From an uncultured Myxococcales bacterium (GTDB lineage: Bacteria > Myxococcota > Kuafuiibacteriia > Kuafuiibacteriales > Kuafuiibacteriaceae), in assembly GCA_964473255.1 (NCBI GenBank), contig CAYYOT010000012.1, positions 17,927 through 81,926 of the forward strand: a stretch of 64,000 nucleotides of DNA, read 5' to 3'. The position numbers and the translations under genes were made by a program. Of the stretch, positions 36,571 to 46,255 are shown in pieces. How positions within the stretch are numbered: the stretch's first letter is position 1; each line of letters starts with the position of its first letter. Under the pieces are notes generated by a model. The model was given only the letters and a program-made list of their open reading frames with translations, did not search any database and had not been told where the DNA came from.

Positions 36571-39500
36571 CCTCCCGTCTTGGGCGCGCCGCCTGGAGCA
36601 CCCGGGGTCGAGCCGCCGCGGACTCCGTCGTCGGTCGCACCGTCGCTCGGGTCACTCCCCGACGACGGCATGGAGGCCGCTCTCGGTCCCGCGTCCAAGC
36701 CCTCACCGGACACGACGTAGGTCTGGATCATCGACTTGCCCTGTTTCTGAATGGGGAACTCCCGCGGAGCGTACTTGTTCAGACCCTCGAGAATTCGCTG
36801 CGTCCATTCGTTGGTGACCTTCGTGCGACGCGCTTCCTGATAAGCCTTTCGGTACGCGGTCTCGGCCTTACGCTCCAGGATCGCCGCCCGGTCCTCGAGC
36901 TGTGCCTTGTACTCCATGGCCAGGTCCTCGTCGTTTTCGAACTCCTTCGGGATGGGAGCCGCGAAGAGCGATTCGGCGAATCGCTCGTAGCTGTGGCCCA
37001 CGCGATACGATGCCGCCAGGGTCGTTTCGACCCGCTTGTAAGCGAACACCGCCTTATAGGCGTTCTCGACGTCCCGCTGCGCCTTGGCCTTGGCCTGCAG
37101 AGCCTGAACCTGACGTCGTCCCGTACCCTCGATGGCGATCGCGTCGTATGCTCGGAACTTGGCCTCGGCCAACTCGAAGGCACAGCTGGCGGCATCCGCT
37201 CCTGCTTTGCTGCGCACCGACAGTCGGCTCTGGCGGAACTCCTTCAGACAGCGTGCATAGGCCGCCTCGGCTCGGTCGAACTTCTTCTGACTCTTTTCCG
37301 CATCACCGATCTTTCGGTACGCGAGGACGAGGCGCTCTCTCTGCTTCGGGTCGCGCCGGTACGTAGCGACGAAGGACTCGAGCGTGGCGATCATCCGCGG
37401 ATAGTCTTCCATCTTCTCGTAGACCAGCGCCGAGCGGAAGTAGACTTCGCCCGCGTCGTCGCGCTTGGAAAATATGGTCGCGTACTGCTTGTAGGCCGCG
37501 GCGGCCTCGTCGTACCGCTGCATGTTCTCCAGGACGACCGCCTGGTTGTACATGGCGTCGGCTCGGTTCTCCGAGTTCGGGTATCGTTCGGCGAGCCGAC
37601 CGTAGGCCGAGATGGCCGTCGCGAAATCGAAGCCCTGCTCCGCGTTGATCCCGACGCGAAACAGCGCCCGTGGCGCCAGCTCCGACTTGGGATAGTCGTC
37701 GTAGATCCGCGCGTACACCTGGGAAGCAGAGTCGTAGCGCTTGACCTTCTCGAAGGCGATGGCGGCGTTGAACAGCGCCTTGTCCGCGAACTCGTGCTGG
37801 GGATTCTCGTCAACCAGTCGCACGTAGGTCTCGGCGGCCTTTTCGTACTCTCCCGCCGAGTCGTACTTTTCCGCCTGCTTGAACTGAGCGCCAACCTTGA
37901 AGACGGAAAGCTGCTCCACGAAGTCTCGACGCTGAACGTCGTCCGTCTCGCTGGCTTCGGCTACGGCCATCAGGCGATTGGACACCTTCTCCACCGCTTC
38001 CCAGTCTTCGACGGCCAGATAGCTCTCGATGATCAGGTTCGACGCGTACCGAGCCACTTCGTTGTCTGGATAGTTGCTGACGATCGACTCGAAACGTCGG
38101 CGAGCCTCTGGGAAACGGTCATGGCGGTAGTACACCTCGGCGGCGCGATACGCGATCGCCGGTGACCGAGAGCCGTCGGGAATCAACGTGAGATAGCGGT
38201 CCGAGGCAGCGACCAGCTGCCCTCGAATCTCGACGAGATCCTTCGGTGCAACCGGCTTGGCCGCGCGTTCCGCCGCGGTCTGCAGCGGATACTCCGGGAT
38301 GCTGCCGGCCTCCACCTTCTGATCGATGAGCTTCTCGTAGGTAATGACGGCGGACAGCGCGGCTGCCTCCAGATGCTTGTTGTTTAGCGTGCTGTCCCGG
38401 ACCGACTCGTACTGGACGGCGGCGGCGGCGAACTGGTCGGAGTAGAACAGACACTCCGCCAGGTAGAACTCGAAGTCGTAGGCGTTCGATGATTTTGGGA
38501 ACCGCGTGAGGTACTGCTGGTAGGCACGCGCCGCCGCCTGATAGTTGCGGCTCGCGTCTGTGAGCCGACCGTCGGCCTTGTAGGCTTGGGCCTGCTGATG
38601 CCGGAAGATGGCCGCCGTGTACAAGGAACGCTCGGTGAGCGACTCTGCCTTTCTGATTGCGTCTTCGTCGTTCTGGTTCGCGACATACCAGAGTGAGCCC
38701 TGGGAATAGTCGGCCACGAGCTTCTCTCGGGCCACGGTCGCTCCATCGAAGTCTCGAAGCTGCTCGTGCGCGCGAACGATCCGGTCTTGGGCTTCCGGAT
38801 TATCGCGGTCGTTCGGGTATTTGGCGATCGCGAAGGCCAGAACTTCGATCGCCTGCGCGTAGCGCGTCTGGTCATATAGCACTTGACCGTATTGCTTCCA
38901 AATCTCGCCAGCGTACGGCTTGTCGTCGATCGTAGCGAGAACCGCCTTGGCCTTGGGAACGCCGCCCCAAACGTCGTCGGCCAGCGAGATGGCGACGTAC
39001 TGGATGGCCTCCGCCCGCAGCTCGGATCCCGAAACCCCGGTGAGCTCCTTCTGCCGATCTGCATAATCGATCAGCTCGAGAAACGATGCGACGGCTTCGT
39101 CGTAGCGGTCGAGACGATAGTAGGTCCATGCGATCTTGTAGAGCGCCTTGTCGTAGTAGGGACTCTCCGGGAAGTTCTTGACCTGAGCGTAAGCTTCGAT
39201 CGCCTTCTCCAGGGAAGCGACGTCGGAACGGTCGAAATAGATCTCTCCGATACGGGTCCATACCTCGGCCCGGAAATCGCTCGTGGGGTGATTCGCGACC
39301 AGCTGTAGATAAGCCTCCAGCGCCAGCTCGGGCTGACCCTGTTCGGAGTAGCTATACCCCAGCAGGTACCAAGCAGCGTCGGCCAATCGATAGTCGGGAA
39401 ATCGGGCGAGCAGTTGCCGATGGAGAGCGATGGTCGCCTCGTAGTTCGGCTCCGGGGCCACGGGTTCGGTCTCACGACGCCCTTCGTCATATGCGAGAAG

Positions 39501-40097
39501 CTCTTCGTCGTACTGGCGACTCGCCTGTAGGAATTCGTCACTCGATTTTTCGAAGTACAGCTCGGCCAGCCGGAACATCGCGTCGGGCGTGTACAGCGGG
39601 TCGTTGGGGTAGCGCTCGAGGAAGGCTTCGAAGCGAGCGATCGCTTCCAGGCGGCGCAAGCGCTCCTCGTCCTCGAGCTCCTGTATCGCCTGCTCGTACT
39701 GTAGGGCGAGAGCGGTCTTTTGCTGCTCGTACTGGAGCTCGATCTGGTCGCGGAGGTCGGCCGCATACGACCTGGCCACCGTTTCATAGCGCTCCATCTC
39801 CAGAGCCAGGGCCGCCACCTGGTCTTCGAAGCTGGTGATGAACTCATCCCCGACGGCGCCGAGCGGACGCTTGGGTAGCGCCTCAGTGCTGTCGATCAGC
39901 GAGCCGGGACCGCTCTCCGGGCGATCCGCGTCGTCCATTGCCGACGTGGTCGAGGTTGCGGTCGGCTCCGACGCGGTCGGTAGCGACCGCGCCCCGACGT
40001 CGGAGGTCGGCGGTTGTTCCTGCCCGCGGGCGAGGGGTCCCGCCGCGAGGAGTACGAACAGCGCGGGGAGCGCCACTGTGGACTTCGGCATCGTCAT
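36567..40097 (-). CDS. giant periplasmic TPR protein (GltD/AgmU or NfsD-like)
   Basis: 1176 aa. Signal peptide. TPR repeats along the whole length. Gly/Pro-rich C-terminal tail. Confidence 0.5.
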   Translation of the reverse strand: MTMPKSTVALPALFVLLAAGPLARGQEQPPTSDVGARSLPTASEPTATSTTSAMDDADRPESGPGSLIDSTEALPKRPLGAVGDEFITSFEDQVAALALEMERYETVARSYAADLRDQIELQYEQQKTALALQYEQAIQELEDEERLRRLEAIARFEAFLERYPNDPLYTPDAMFRLAELYFEKSSDEFLQASRQYDEELLAYDEGRRETEPVAPEPNYEATIALHRQLLARFPDYRLADAAWYLLGYSYSEQGQPELALEAYLQLVANHPTSDFRAEVWTRIGEIYFDRSDVASLEKAIEAYAQVKNFPESPYYDKALYKIAWTYYRLDRYDEAVASFLELIDYADRQKELTGVSGSELRAEAIQYVAISLADDVWGGVPKAKAVLATIDDKPYAGEIWKQYGQVLYDQTRYAQAIEVLAFAIAKYPNDRDNPEAQDRIVRAHEQLRDFDGATVAREKLVADYSQGSLWYVANQNDEDAIRKAESLTERSLYTAAIFRHQQAQAYKADGRLTDASRNYQAAARAYQQYLTRFPKSSNAYDFEFYLAECLFYSDQFAAAAVQYESVRDSTLNNKHLEAAALSAVITYEKLIDQKVEAGSIPEYPLQTAAERAAKPVAPKDLVEIRGQLVAASDRYLTLIPDGSRSPAIAYRAAEVYYRHDRFPEARRRFESIVSNYPDNEVARYASNLIIESYLAVEDWEAVEKVSNRLMAVAEASETDDVQRRDFVEQLSVFKVGAQFKQAEKYDSAGEYEKAAETYVRLVDENPQHEFADKALFNAAIAFEKVKRYDSASQVYARIYDDYPKSELAPRALFRVGINAEQGFDFATAISAYGRLAERYPNSENRADAMYNQAVVLENMQRYDEAAAAYKQYATIFSKRDDAGEVYFRSALVYEKMEDYPRMIATLESFVATYRRDPKQRERLVLAYRKIGDAEKSQKKFDRAEAAYARCLKEFRQSRLSVRSKAGADAASCAFELAEAKFRAYDAIAIEGTGRRQVQALQAKAKAQRDVENAYKAVFAYKRVETTLAASYRVGHSYERFAESLFAAPIPKEFENDEDLAMEYKAQLEDRAAILERKAETAYRKAYQEARRTKVTNEWTQRILEGLNKYAPREFPIQKQGKSMIQTYVVSGEGLDAGPRAASMPSSGSDPSDGATDDGVRGGSTPGAPGGAPKTGG

Positions 40098-42451
40098 TCG
40101 CTCAAGACATCGGCGAACTCGGCCTCCAGGGCCTGCGCCTGCTCCTGATACTCGCGGATTTTCGTGTCGACGCGCTCGGTCTCGGCCTGCTTGCGAGCCC
40201 AGGCGACGTCGATCAGCCCGACGTCCGCTCGCAGCAAGAGTTCGCCAAGCTCCGAATCGACGTTTCGTAAGGTCACGTCCGCCACCGGATCCAGCACGGC
40301 CTGTGCCGCGCCGCTCACCTGGGCGTACCTCGCTTCGAGCTCCTGAAGCTGAACCGACTCTCGAGCCAGCAGCTGCTGGAGCTCGACGACCCGATCGCGG
40401 ATCTGGCCGTCGATCCGGGCATCCAGCGCGTCCACCTCCCGCTGGATCGTCATGAGCTGCTGTCTCTGCTGGTCGTACCGAGTCACGAGCCCCAGCACTT
40501 CGGTGGCCACCGAGCCTCGAGCCTCTCGCAGTACGCCGAGCTCCTGGTCACGAAGTTCCTCGTACTGCGCCCTGAGCCGGGCGATCTGGAGAACGGTCGC
40601 GTTCGACTGAGCCAGGGCCCGCTGCCGCCGAAGCTGGGTGAGAACCTGGTCGAGCTGCTCTTCCAGCCGGGCGATGTTCTGCTGGCTCCTTTGAATTCGC
40701 GCCTCCATCACCTTCTGCTCCTCGTCGGAGAGCGTGTCTCGGTTGCGCGACAGCCACGATCGGACCGCCACGAGCTGGGCCCGCATCCCCGAGATCTTAT
40801 AGGTGAGCTGGTAGGCCCGTAGGTCGGCCTTTTCGAACACCTCTCCCACCTCTTGGCGGCGACCCTCGACCTCGTCCGTGGTCTCGGGAAGCTGCCGAAT
40901 CTCTGCGGCGACCCGCTTCAGCTCCGCATGGATCCGGTCGGCTTCGGCTTGCCGGTCCGCGGCGAGCACCTCTCGCGTCAAGCCGCGCTCCATCTCGAGG
41001 AGCGCGAGGTCGGCCGTGAGAACCCGGGCGCGCAGGGAGACCATCTGATCTCGAGGCCCTACCAGCCCGGGAAACATTCGATACTTCTGCTCGCCGGCCA
41101 GGGCCTCTCCCAGAAGCTCGACGAGTTCCCGGCTCTCCGCGAGATTCTTCCGCGACCGCACGAGATCGCTCTCGATGCGGACGGCTCGAGTCAGACCTTC
41201 CTGCTCGAGCGCATACTCCACGGCGATCTCGGGCAGGTCGCCCGGACGCTCTTGCCGCTCGAGCTCACTCGCTACGAGCGCATCGAAGAAAGCGTCCGTA
41301 TCCGCGGACCGACGCAGGAACGAACGTAGCTCACCTTGGGCCTGCCCGTACCGATCGATGATGCTCTCGAAGGTCTGGTAGGCCGTCTCCGGAGCGCCCA
41401 GGCGAATCTGGAGGTTGCCTTGAAGGATCCGGGCGTCGGGGTACAGCGTCGGGGAGGGTACCGTAGCCATGAGAAGCTCGGTGGCATCCAGGGCACGCTC
41501 GTACTCTCGACGCTCGACTCCGGGATCCGACGCCTGATTGGCGGCCCGAACGTGGGTCCAGGCCTTCTCGTACAGCATCTGCGAGTAGAGCGCCGAAGAC
41601 GGCTGCAAGTGCCCGTAGGCTTCGTCGCTCGCCTCGATGTGGCCGAGCTCCTGGTGGAGGCGTCCGAGCGACAGCCAGGCGAGCTCGCGCAGGGGACGCG
41701 TCTCGTCATCGGTCGGATCGAGCAGGTCGAGGACCTGACGGAACTCACCGATGGCGGCGGGATAGTTGTTCATGCGAACGAGGGTGACGCCGGCGTAGTA
41801 GCGGGCCCGCGGCCCCTGTTTCGAGGTGCCCGACACCCGGCGAAACGTCTCGAGAGCCTCGGGCAGGCGAGTCGAGTCCGTCCGAGCCGCGGCGAACAGC
41901 GCCTTTCCGTACGCATACTCGAGTTCGGGCCGGGCCTGGATGACCCCGGCCGGGAGGTAGCCCAGCACCCGGTCGAGATCATCGAAACGCCCATCCTTGG
42001 CCACGAGCTCGAGCAACCCCTCGACGACCTCGTCCAGCCGGTTTCCGGTCGAACGCGGCGCGACCTCTTCGTAGTAGCGCCAAGCGGCTCGATCGTTACC
42101 GGAGAGCCGCAGCGCTTCCGCGAGCTTGAAAACGGCCTCGTCGCGTCGGGGGTGCGTGCGCAGGGCCGGGTCTTCAACGACATCGATCAGAAGGATCGCC
42201 GCTCGAAGATAGTCCCCGACGATGAACTGCACCTCGGCATCCCCCAACCGAGCGTCCATGCGGCTCACGCCCTGCTGGGCACTGATGTGGGCGCTCTGCG
42301 AAGCCCGCTCCAGATCCACGCGCATCTGTCCGATGCGGCGATCGACATCGTCGGCGAGGCTCCGGCCCGCCTTGGTATCCGAAGCGCTCGCCCGGACGCT
42401 CGTCGCCAGAGCGAGCGTCGCGGCGGCGGCGATGCAAGCCCTTCTCGTCAT
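40094..42451 (-). CDS. secreted TPR plus coiled-coil protein
   Basis: Signal peptide. N-terminal TPRs. C-terminal long coiled-coil heptads. 4-nt overlaps on both sides. Confidence 0.45.
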   Translation of the reverse strand: MTRRACIAAAATLALATSVRASASDTKAGRSLADDVDRRIGQMRVDLERASQSAHISAQQGVSRMDARLGDAEVQFIVGDYLRAAILLIDVVEDPALRTHPRRDEAVFKLAEALRLSGNDRAAWRYYEEVAPRSTGNRLDEVVEGLLELVAKDGRFDDLDRVLGYLPAGVIQARPELEYAYGKALFAAARTDSTRLPEALETFRRVSGTSKQGPRARYYAGVTLVRMNNYPAAIGEFRQVLDLLDPTDDETRPLRELAWLSLGRLHQELGHIEASDEAYGHLQPSSALYSQMLYEKAWTHVRAANQASDPGVERREYERALDATELLMATVPSPTLYPDARILQGNLQIRLGAPETAYQTFESIIDRYGQAQGELRSFLRRSADTDAFFDALVASELERQERPGDLPEIAVEYALEQEGLTRAVRIESDLVRSRKNLAESRELVELLGEALAGEQKYRMFPGLVGPRDQMVSLRARVLTADLALLEMERGLTREVLAADRQAEADRIHAELKRVAAEIRQLPETTDEVEGRRQEVGEVFEKADLRAYQLTYKISGMRAQLVAVRSWLSRNRDTLSDEEQKVMEARIQRSQQNIARLEEQLDQVLTQLRRQRALAQSNATVLQIARLRAQYEELRDQELGVLREARGSVATEVLGLVTRYDQQRQQLMTIQREVDALDARIDGQIRDRVVELQQLLARESVQLQELEARYAQVSGAAQAVLDPVADVTLRNVDSELGELLLRADVGLIDVAWARKQAETERVDTKIREYQEQAQALEAEFADVLSE

Positions 42452-43230
42452 GGCTGCGTGGAACCGGGTGCCTTCGTCTGATTTGCATCGACGGCTGAGT
42501 CGGTCGTCTCGGCCGCTTGCGCATCCTGCTTGACCTTCACGTCGTAGCGTACGGCCAAGCGCTCGGTCACGTCGGTCGTGAACCCACCCTTTTCGTAGGC
42601 GACGACCTTGACCGTAGTCATCCGACCCTCTTCCGCAGTGAAGGCGAAGCTGCTCGGGATCCGGAACTTATAGGCCCGAAGATAGCTGAACACGCCGTAA
42701 CCGCTGCCCTGGAAGTGCATCATCACCGAGAGGTTGTGATTGCCGGGTACGATGCTGCCGTTGAAGAGTTCGATCTCCCGCTGATTATCCAGGCTGCCGT
42801 CGGTGGCCGCCTTAGAAAACAGTGGCGACCCGTCCAGCGAGTAGTCGAGCCGAGTGAGGTTGAAGGCACTGCCCACATCGTTGACGTGCATGATTCGGGC
42901 ACGGGCTCCCGAGATCACGCCGTTCAAGACCGTCTCTCGGAGGATCAGCAGCCGAGCCTTGCTCCGAAAAACCTGCTCTTTGAGCTCGTTCACGCGCTCT
43001 TCCAGCCCCCGAAGCCGGATCGCCTGGTCGGTATCCTCGACGGCGGGACGCATGGGCTCCGAGGTAGCTTCGGCATCGGCGGCTTCTGCTCCATCGGTCT
43101 CGTCGCCGGCCTCGGCAGCCGCGGACTCGGACTCCGGCGGCGGCTGAGCATCGGATTCGGTCTGGGCAGAGGCCGGCACTGCGACGAGACACAGGGCGGC
43201 GAACATCGGGACAGTGAAACGGATCGTCAC
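42448..43230 (-). CDS. secreted protein with acidic N-terminal region and coiled-coil; first gene of the glt/nfs-like operon
   Basis: Signal peptide MFAALCLVAVPASA. Acidic low-complexity region. LEERVNELKEQVF coiled coil. Beta-rich C-terminal half. Confidence 0.4.
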   Translation of the reverse strand: MTIRFTVPMFAALCLVAVPASAQTESDAQPPPESESAAAEAGDETDGAEAADAEATSEPMRPAVEDTDQAIRLRGLEERVNELKEQVFRSKARLLILRETVLNGVISGARARIMHVNDVGSAFNLTRLDYSLDGSPLFSKAATDGSLDNQREIELFNGSIVPGNHNLSVMMHFQGSGYGVFSYLRAYKFRIPSSFAFTAEEGRMTTVKVVAYEKGGFTTDVTERLAVRYDVKVKQDAQAAETTDSAVDANQTKAPGSTQP

Positions 43231-43409
43231 GGCACTACCTCGCCGGCCCCGAGGCGACCCCGAAGCACGGCCGCGCCAACCCTAGCATCAAGCCGTCCTG
43301 TCCATAACAGACCGGCCGGAAAAGGTGGTCCGGGGCTCGCGGCAACGGTCCAACGAAGCGGGTTCGATTGCCTTGCGACCACATCCGCCGTTCCGATACC
43401 ACCGGACCA

Positions 43410-43610
43410 ATGACCAGCGAAGTCCGTCGGCGCCACGACGAAGCCGTCCAAAAGGGTGATGCTGGTTACGAGGATCCGGAGACCGGTTTGTTCGTGCTCA
43501 CATCGGCGTTTCTGAAGCGCCGCGGCTACTGCTGCGGGCGTGGCTGTCGTCACTGCCCGTATGGTCCGGAGGAGCAGCGGCGGGCGGGGCGCCCCGGCTC
43601 GGAGAGCTAA
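43410..43610 (+). CDS. small cysteine-rich protein (DUF5522-like, CCGRGCRHCPY)
   Basis: 66 aa. C-terminal CCxxGCRHCPY motif. Confidence 0.4.
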   Translation: MTSEVRRRHDEAVQKGDAGYEDPETGLFVLTSAFLKRRGYCCGRGCRHCPYGPEEQRRAGRPGSES

Positions 43611-44880
43611 CGGGCGGAGTCGACCAGGCGAATCGGGGTGCGCGGATCGATGCGATACCCACTACGGTCACCCACGATGGCGCCTCCAAAGCCCATCTTC
43701 CTCAGGGTCGAGATGGCAACCTTCAAGCGGTTCTTGGCCGACGAAACGGAAATGCGCTGATCGGGCCAGCCCGCAGCGAACAATTCGTCGCCGGGAATGG
43801 GCCGACCCGGGTGCTCGATCCGCTGTCGGGCGAGCTCGACCAGGAGCCTCCGCAAGACCGGACGACGCTCACAGCCGACCGTCGGCGAGTCGGGCGCTCG
43901 GAACCAGGCGCCGTCGGCCGCGACCTCGACCACCCGCCCCGGCTGATGGTCCGCCGGTCGGGGGCGGCGGAGCTCATTGAGGGCTTGCGCGAGCAGGGCC
44001 CGCTGCACGTGGCGCTCGGGTCCCGCCCACAGACGCGCAGTCCCGGCGTCCCGGGCCAGAACCTTCGCCCGTTCGGCCCGCGTCTCCGCACCTGCGGTAT
44101 CCCCGCGGTCGAGGGCCCAATGGGCCTCGCTCATGGAAACGAGGGCTTCGGCCAATTCGAGGAGCGGCAGCACGGCCCGCGAGCTCGTCACCCGGGCCGA
44201 AGCCAACCGACGTTGGGCTCGAGCCCCGTGAAACCAGCGGCCTTCCGCCGCAGCGCACAGAGCATCGAAGGCGACGGCCTCCTCGACTTCACGTTCGCGG
44301 AGGAGCGTCTGAATCGCGTGGTCCAGGTGGCTTATCGCCGCCGAGCCGTCGGGCCCGCAGCTTTGCACCCAACCGAGAAAGCCGCGGCACCGGGCTTCGA
44401 GCTTCGTCGACCCCTCGGGACCTCGGGCCCAACGGCACGCCGCGGCCAGGCGCGTCTCGGACAGGGCGCGGTCGCCCTGGATGAACGCGGCCAACCCCAG
44501 CCAGAGGAAGGCCTCGATGTCGATCGGATCGGCGACCCGGCCCTTCTCCGCCGTCGCCAGCGCGGCATGAAACAGGGGTCCCGCTTCAGCGGGGCGACCT
44601 CGGGCGAGACACACCTGGCCGAGGAGCACCACCGCAGACCGTAGGTCGGCCCCCGGCCGCTGACGAAGCGAAGAATGCGCCCAGCGGGCCAGCTTCTCGG
44701 CGCGGTGGAGCCGGCCGCGCCGCGCGGCGCGGTACCCGAGCTCGAGGGCCCGATGGGCCGCTTCGCTCGATGCGCGGTCGAGGTTCGCGGGGTGAGACCA
44801 GTTGGCCCCAGGCAGCGGGGTCAAAGCCCCGGCATCCCCCCATACGGAAACGGCTTCGGACCTGGTCACCACGGGGAGGT
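43607..44880 (-). CDS. transcriptional regulator with TPR-like N-terminal domain and C-terminal OmpR/PhoB-type winged helix
   Basis: C-terminal ...SSAKNRLKVAISTLRKMGF...GYRID resembles an OmpR effector domain. The track ORF (to 45598) overlaps the upstream same-strand gene, so the real start is downstream of 44926 and is unresolved. Confidence 0.45.
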
Positions 44881-44925
44881 CTACCCGGAGGGAGGGCGTC
44901 TCGGGCCTGAAACTTTTTTTCCTGA

Positions 44926-45948
44926 TCAAACTGTCGCGGTCGCGACAGGACCGGCCGCCTGACCCGCCAGAAGATAGGCAAAAATCAGGGGGGCGACGAT
45001 CGACGCATCCGACTGGATCATGAACTTGGGCGTCCCGACGTCGAGCTTTCCCCACGTGATCTTTTCGTTGGGAAGGGCCCCTGAATAGCCACCGTAGCTC
45101 GCCGGAGCGTCGGAGATCTGAGCGAAGTAGCCCCAAAACGGCACGTCGTCGCGCTGGAGGTCCTGGATCAGGCACGGAACGGCGCAGATCGGAAAGTCCC
45201 CGGCGATGCCCCCCCCGATCTGGAAAAAGCCAACGCTGGGGAGCCCGCGCTTGGCCCCGTGGTTGTCGAGGTACCAGCGCATCAGATGCTCCATCTGCTC
45301 GGTCCCGGTCCGGACGCACGCGTGACCAGGGACCGCTCGGCGAAACACGGCGGCGGCGAAGAGGTTGCCGGTCGTGCTGTCCTCCCATCCCGGAGTGTAG
45401 ATCGGAATGCTCATGTCCCGGGCCGCGACCACCCAGCTTTCGACCGGGTCGCGGGCGAAGGCCTCGTGGACTCCAGGGCTCTCGAGAATGCGAAACAGGT
45501 ACTCCGACGGAAAGTGACTGCGACCTTCCCGTCCGGCGGCCGACCACGCGTCGATCAGGCGCTTCTCCAACTCGCGCATCACCGTCTCCGGAATGCACGT
45601 GTCGGTGACCCGGTTCATCCCGCGCTCGTACAGAGCCTTTTCGTCCTCCGCCGAGAGCGACATCCAGTCGGGCACGAACTCGTACTCGGGCCCGGCGAAG
45701 AGGTTGAAGAGGTCTTCCTCCAGATTGGCTCCCGTGCAGCTCACGGCGTGGACGTAACCGGTGCGGATCAGCGGAGCCAGCAGTCGTCCGAGTCGCGCCG
45801 TACTCATCGCGCCGGCCAGCGTGACGAGCATCTTTCCCCCGGCGAGCACATGCTGCTCCCAGGCTCGCGCGGCGGCGACGACTTCCCGGCTATTGAAGTG
45901 CAGAAAATGGTCCTCCATGAAGGACCGTACGCCGTCCAGGTTGCGCAT
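44926..45948 (-). CDS. deoxyhypusine synthase-like protein
   Basis: DHS-family Rossmann motifs (TLAGAMSTA..., GGIAGDF). Confidence 0.7.
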   Translation of the reverse strand: MRNLDGVRSFMEDHFLHFNSREVVAAARAWEQHVLAGGKMLVTLAGAMSTARLGRLLAPLIRTGYVHAVSCTGANLEEDLFNLFAGPEYEFVPDWMSLSAEDEKALYERGMNRVTDTCIPETVMRELEKRLIDAWSAAGREGRSHFPSEYLFRILESPGVHEAFARDPVESWVVAARDMSIPIYTPGWEDSTTGNLFAAAVFRRAVPGHACVRTGTEQMEHLMRWYLDNHGAKRGLPSVGFFQIGGGIAGDFPICAVPCLIQDLQRDDVPFWGYFAQISDAPASYGGYSGALPNEKITWGKLDVGTPKFMIQSDASIVAPLIFAYLLAGQAAGPVATATV

Positions 45949-46051
45949 GGGCCAGCAGCGTGGCCTCTGGGACGACCGATATCAAGGCGCTGGGTCGAGT
46001 GCCTTTACCCACGTCTCAGGCCCGGAGTAGATGGGCGGCGGAGGCACGCCC

Positions 46052-46255
46052 ATGAGCGACCACGAACGACTGGCCGAGCTGGAGCTCCGCTACATGGAGC
46101 AGCAGGAGGTCCTGGAGGAGCTCGACCGCCAGCTCATGGAGGCGGACCGCACGATCTCCCTTCTCCGGCGTCGCCTCGAGCGACTGGAAACGACGAACGA
46201 GGAGCTGGTGCGAATCGTTTTGCCGCCTTCCAACGAAAAACCCCCCCACTACTGA
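46052..46255 (+). CDS. slyX: SlyX family protein
   Basis: Coiled-coil (ELRYMEQQEVLEELD...) ending in PPHY as in SlyX. Confidence 0.65.
   Translation: MSDHERLAELELRYMEQQEVLEELDRQLMEADRTISLLRRRLERLETTNEELVRIVLPPSNEKPPHY

Noticed and set aside
36993-38165. 390-aa plus-strand ORF and other ORFs inside 36567-40097
   Set aside because: They are shadows of the GltD-like giant TPR gene.
44931-44949. Perfect inverted repeat CTGTCGCG-GT-CGCGACAG
   Set aside because: It lies at the 3' coding end of the dhs-like gene, has a 2-nt loop and no U-tract. It is unlikely to be a terminator.
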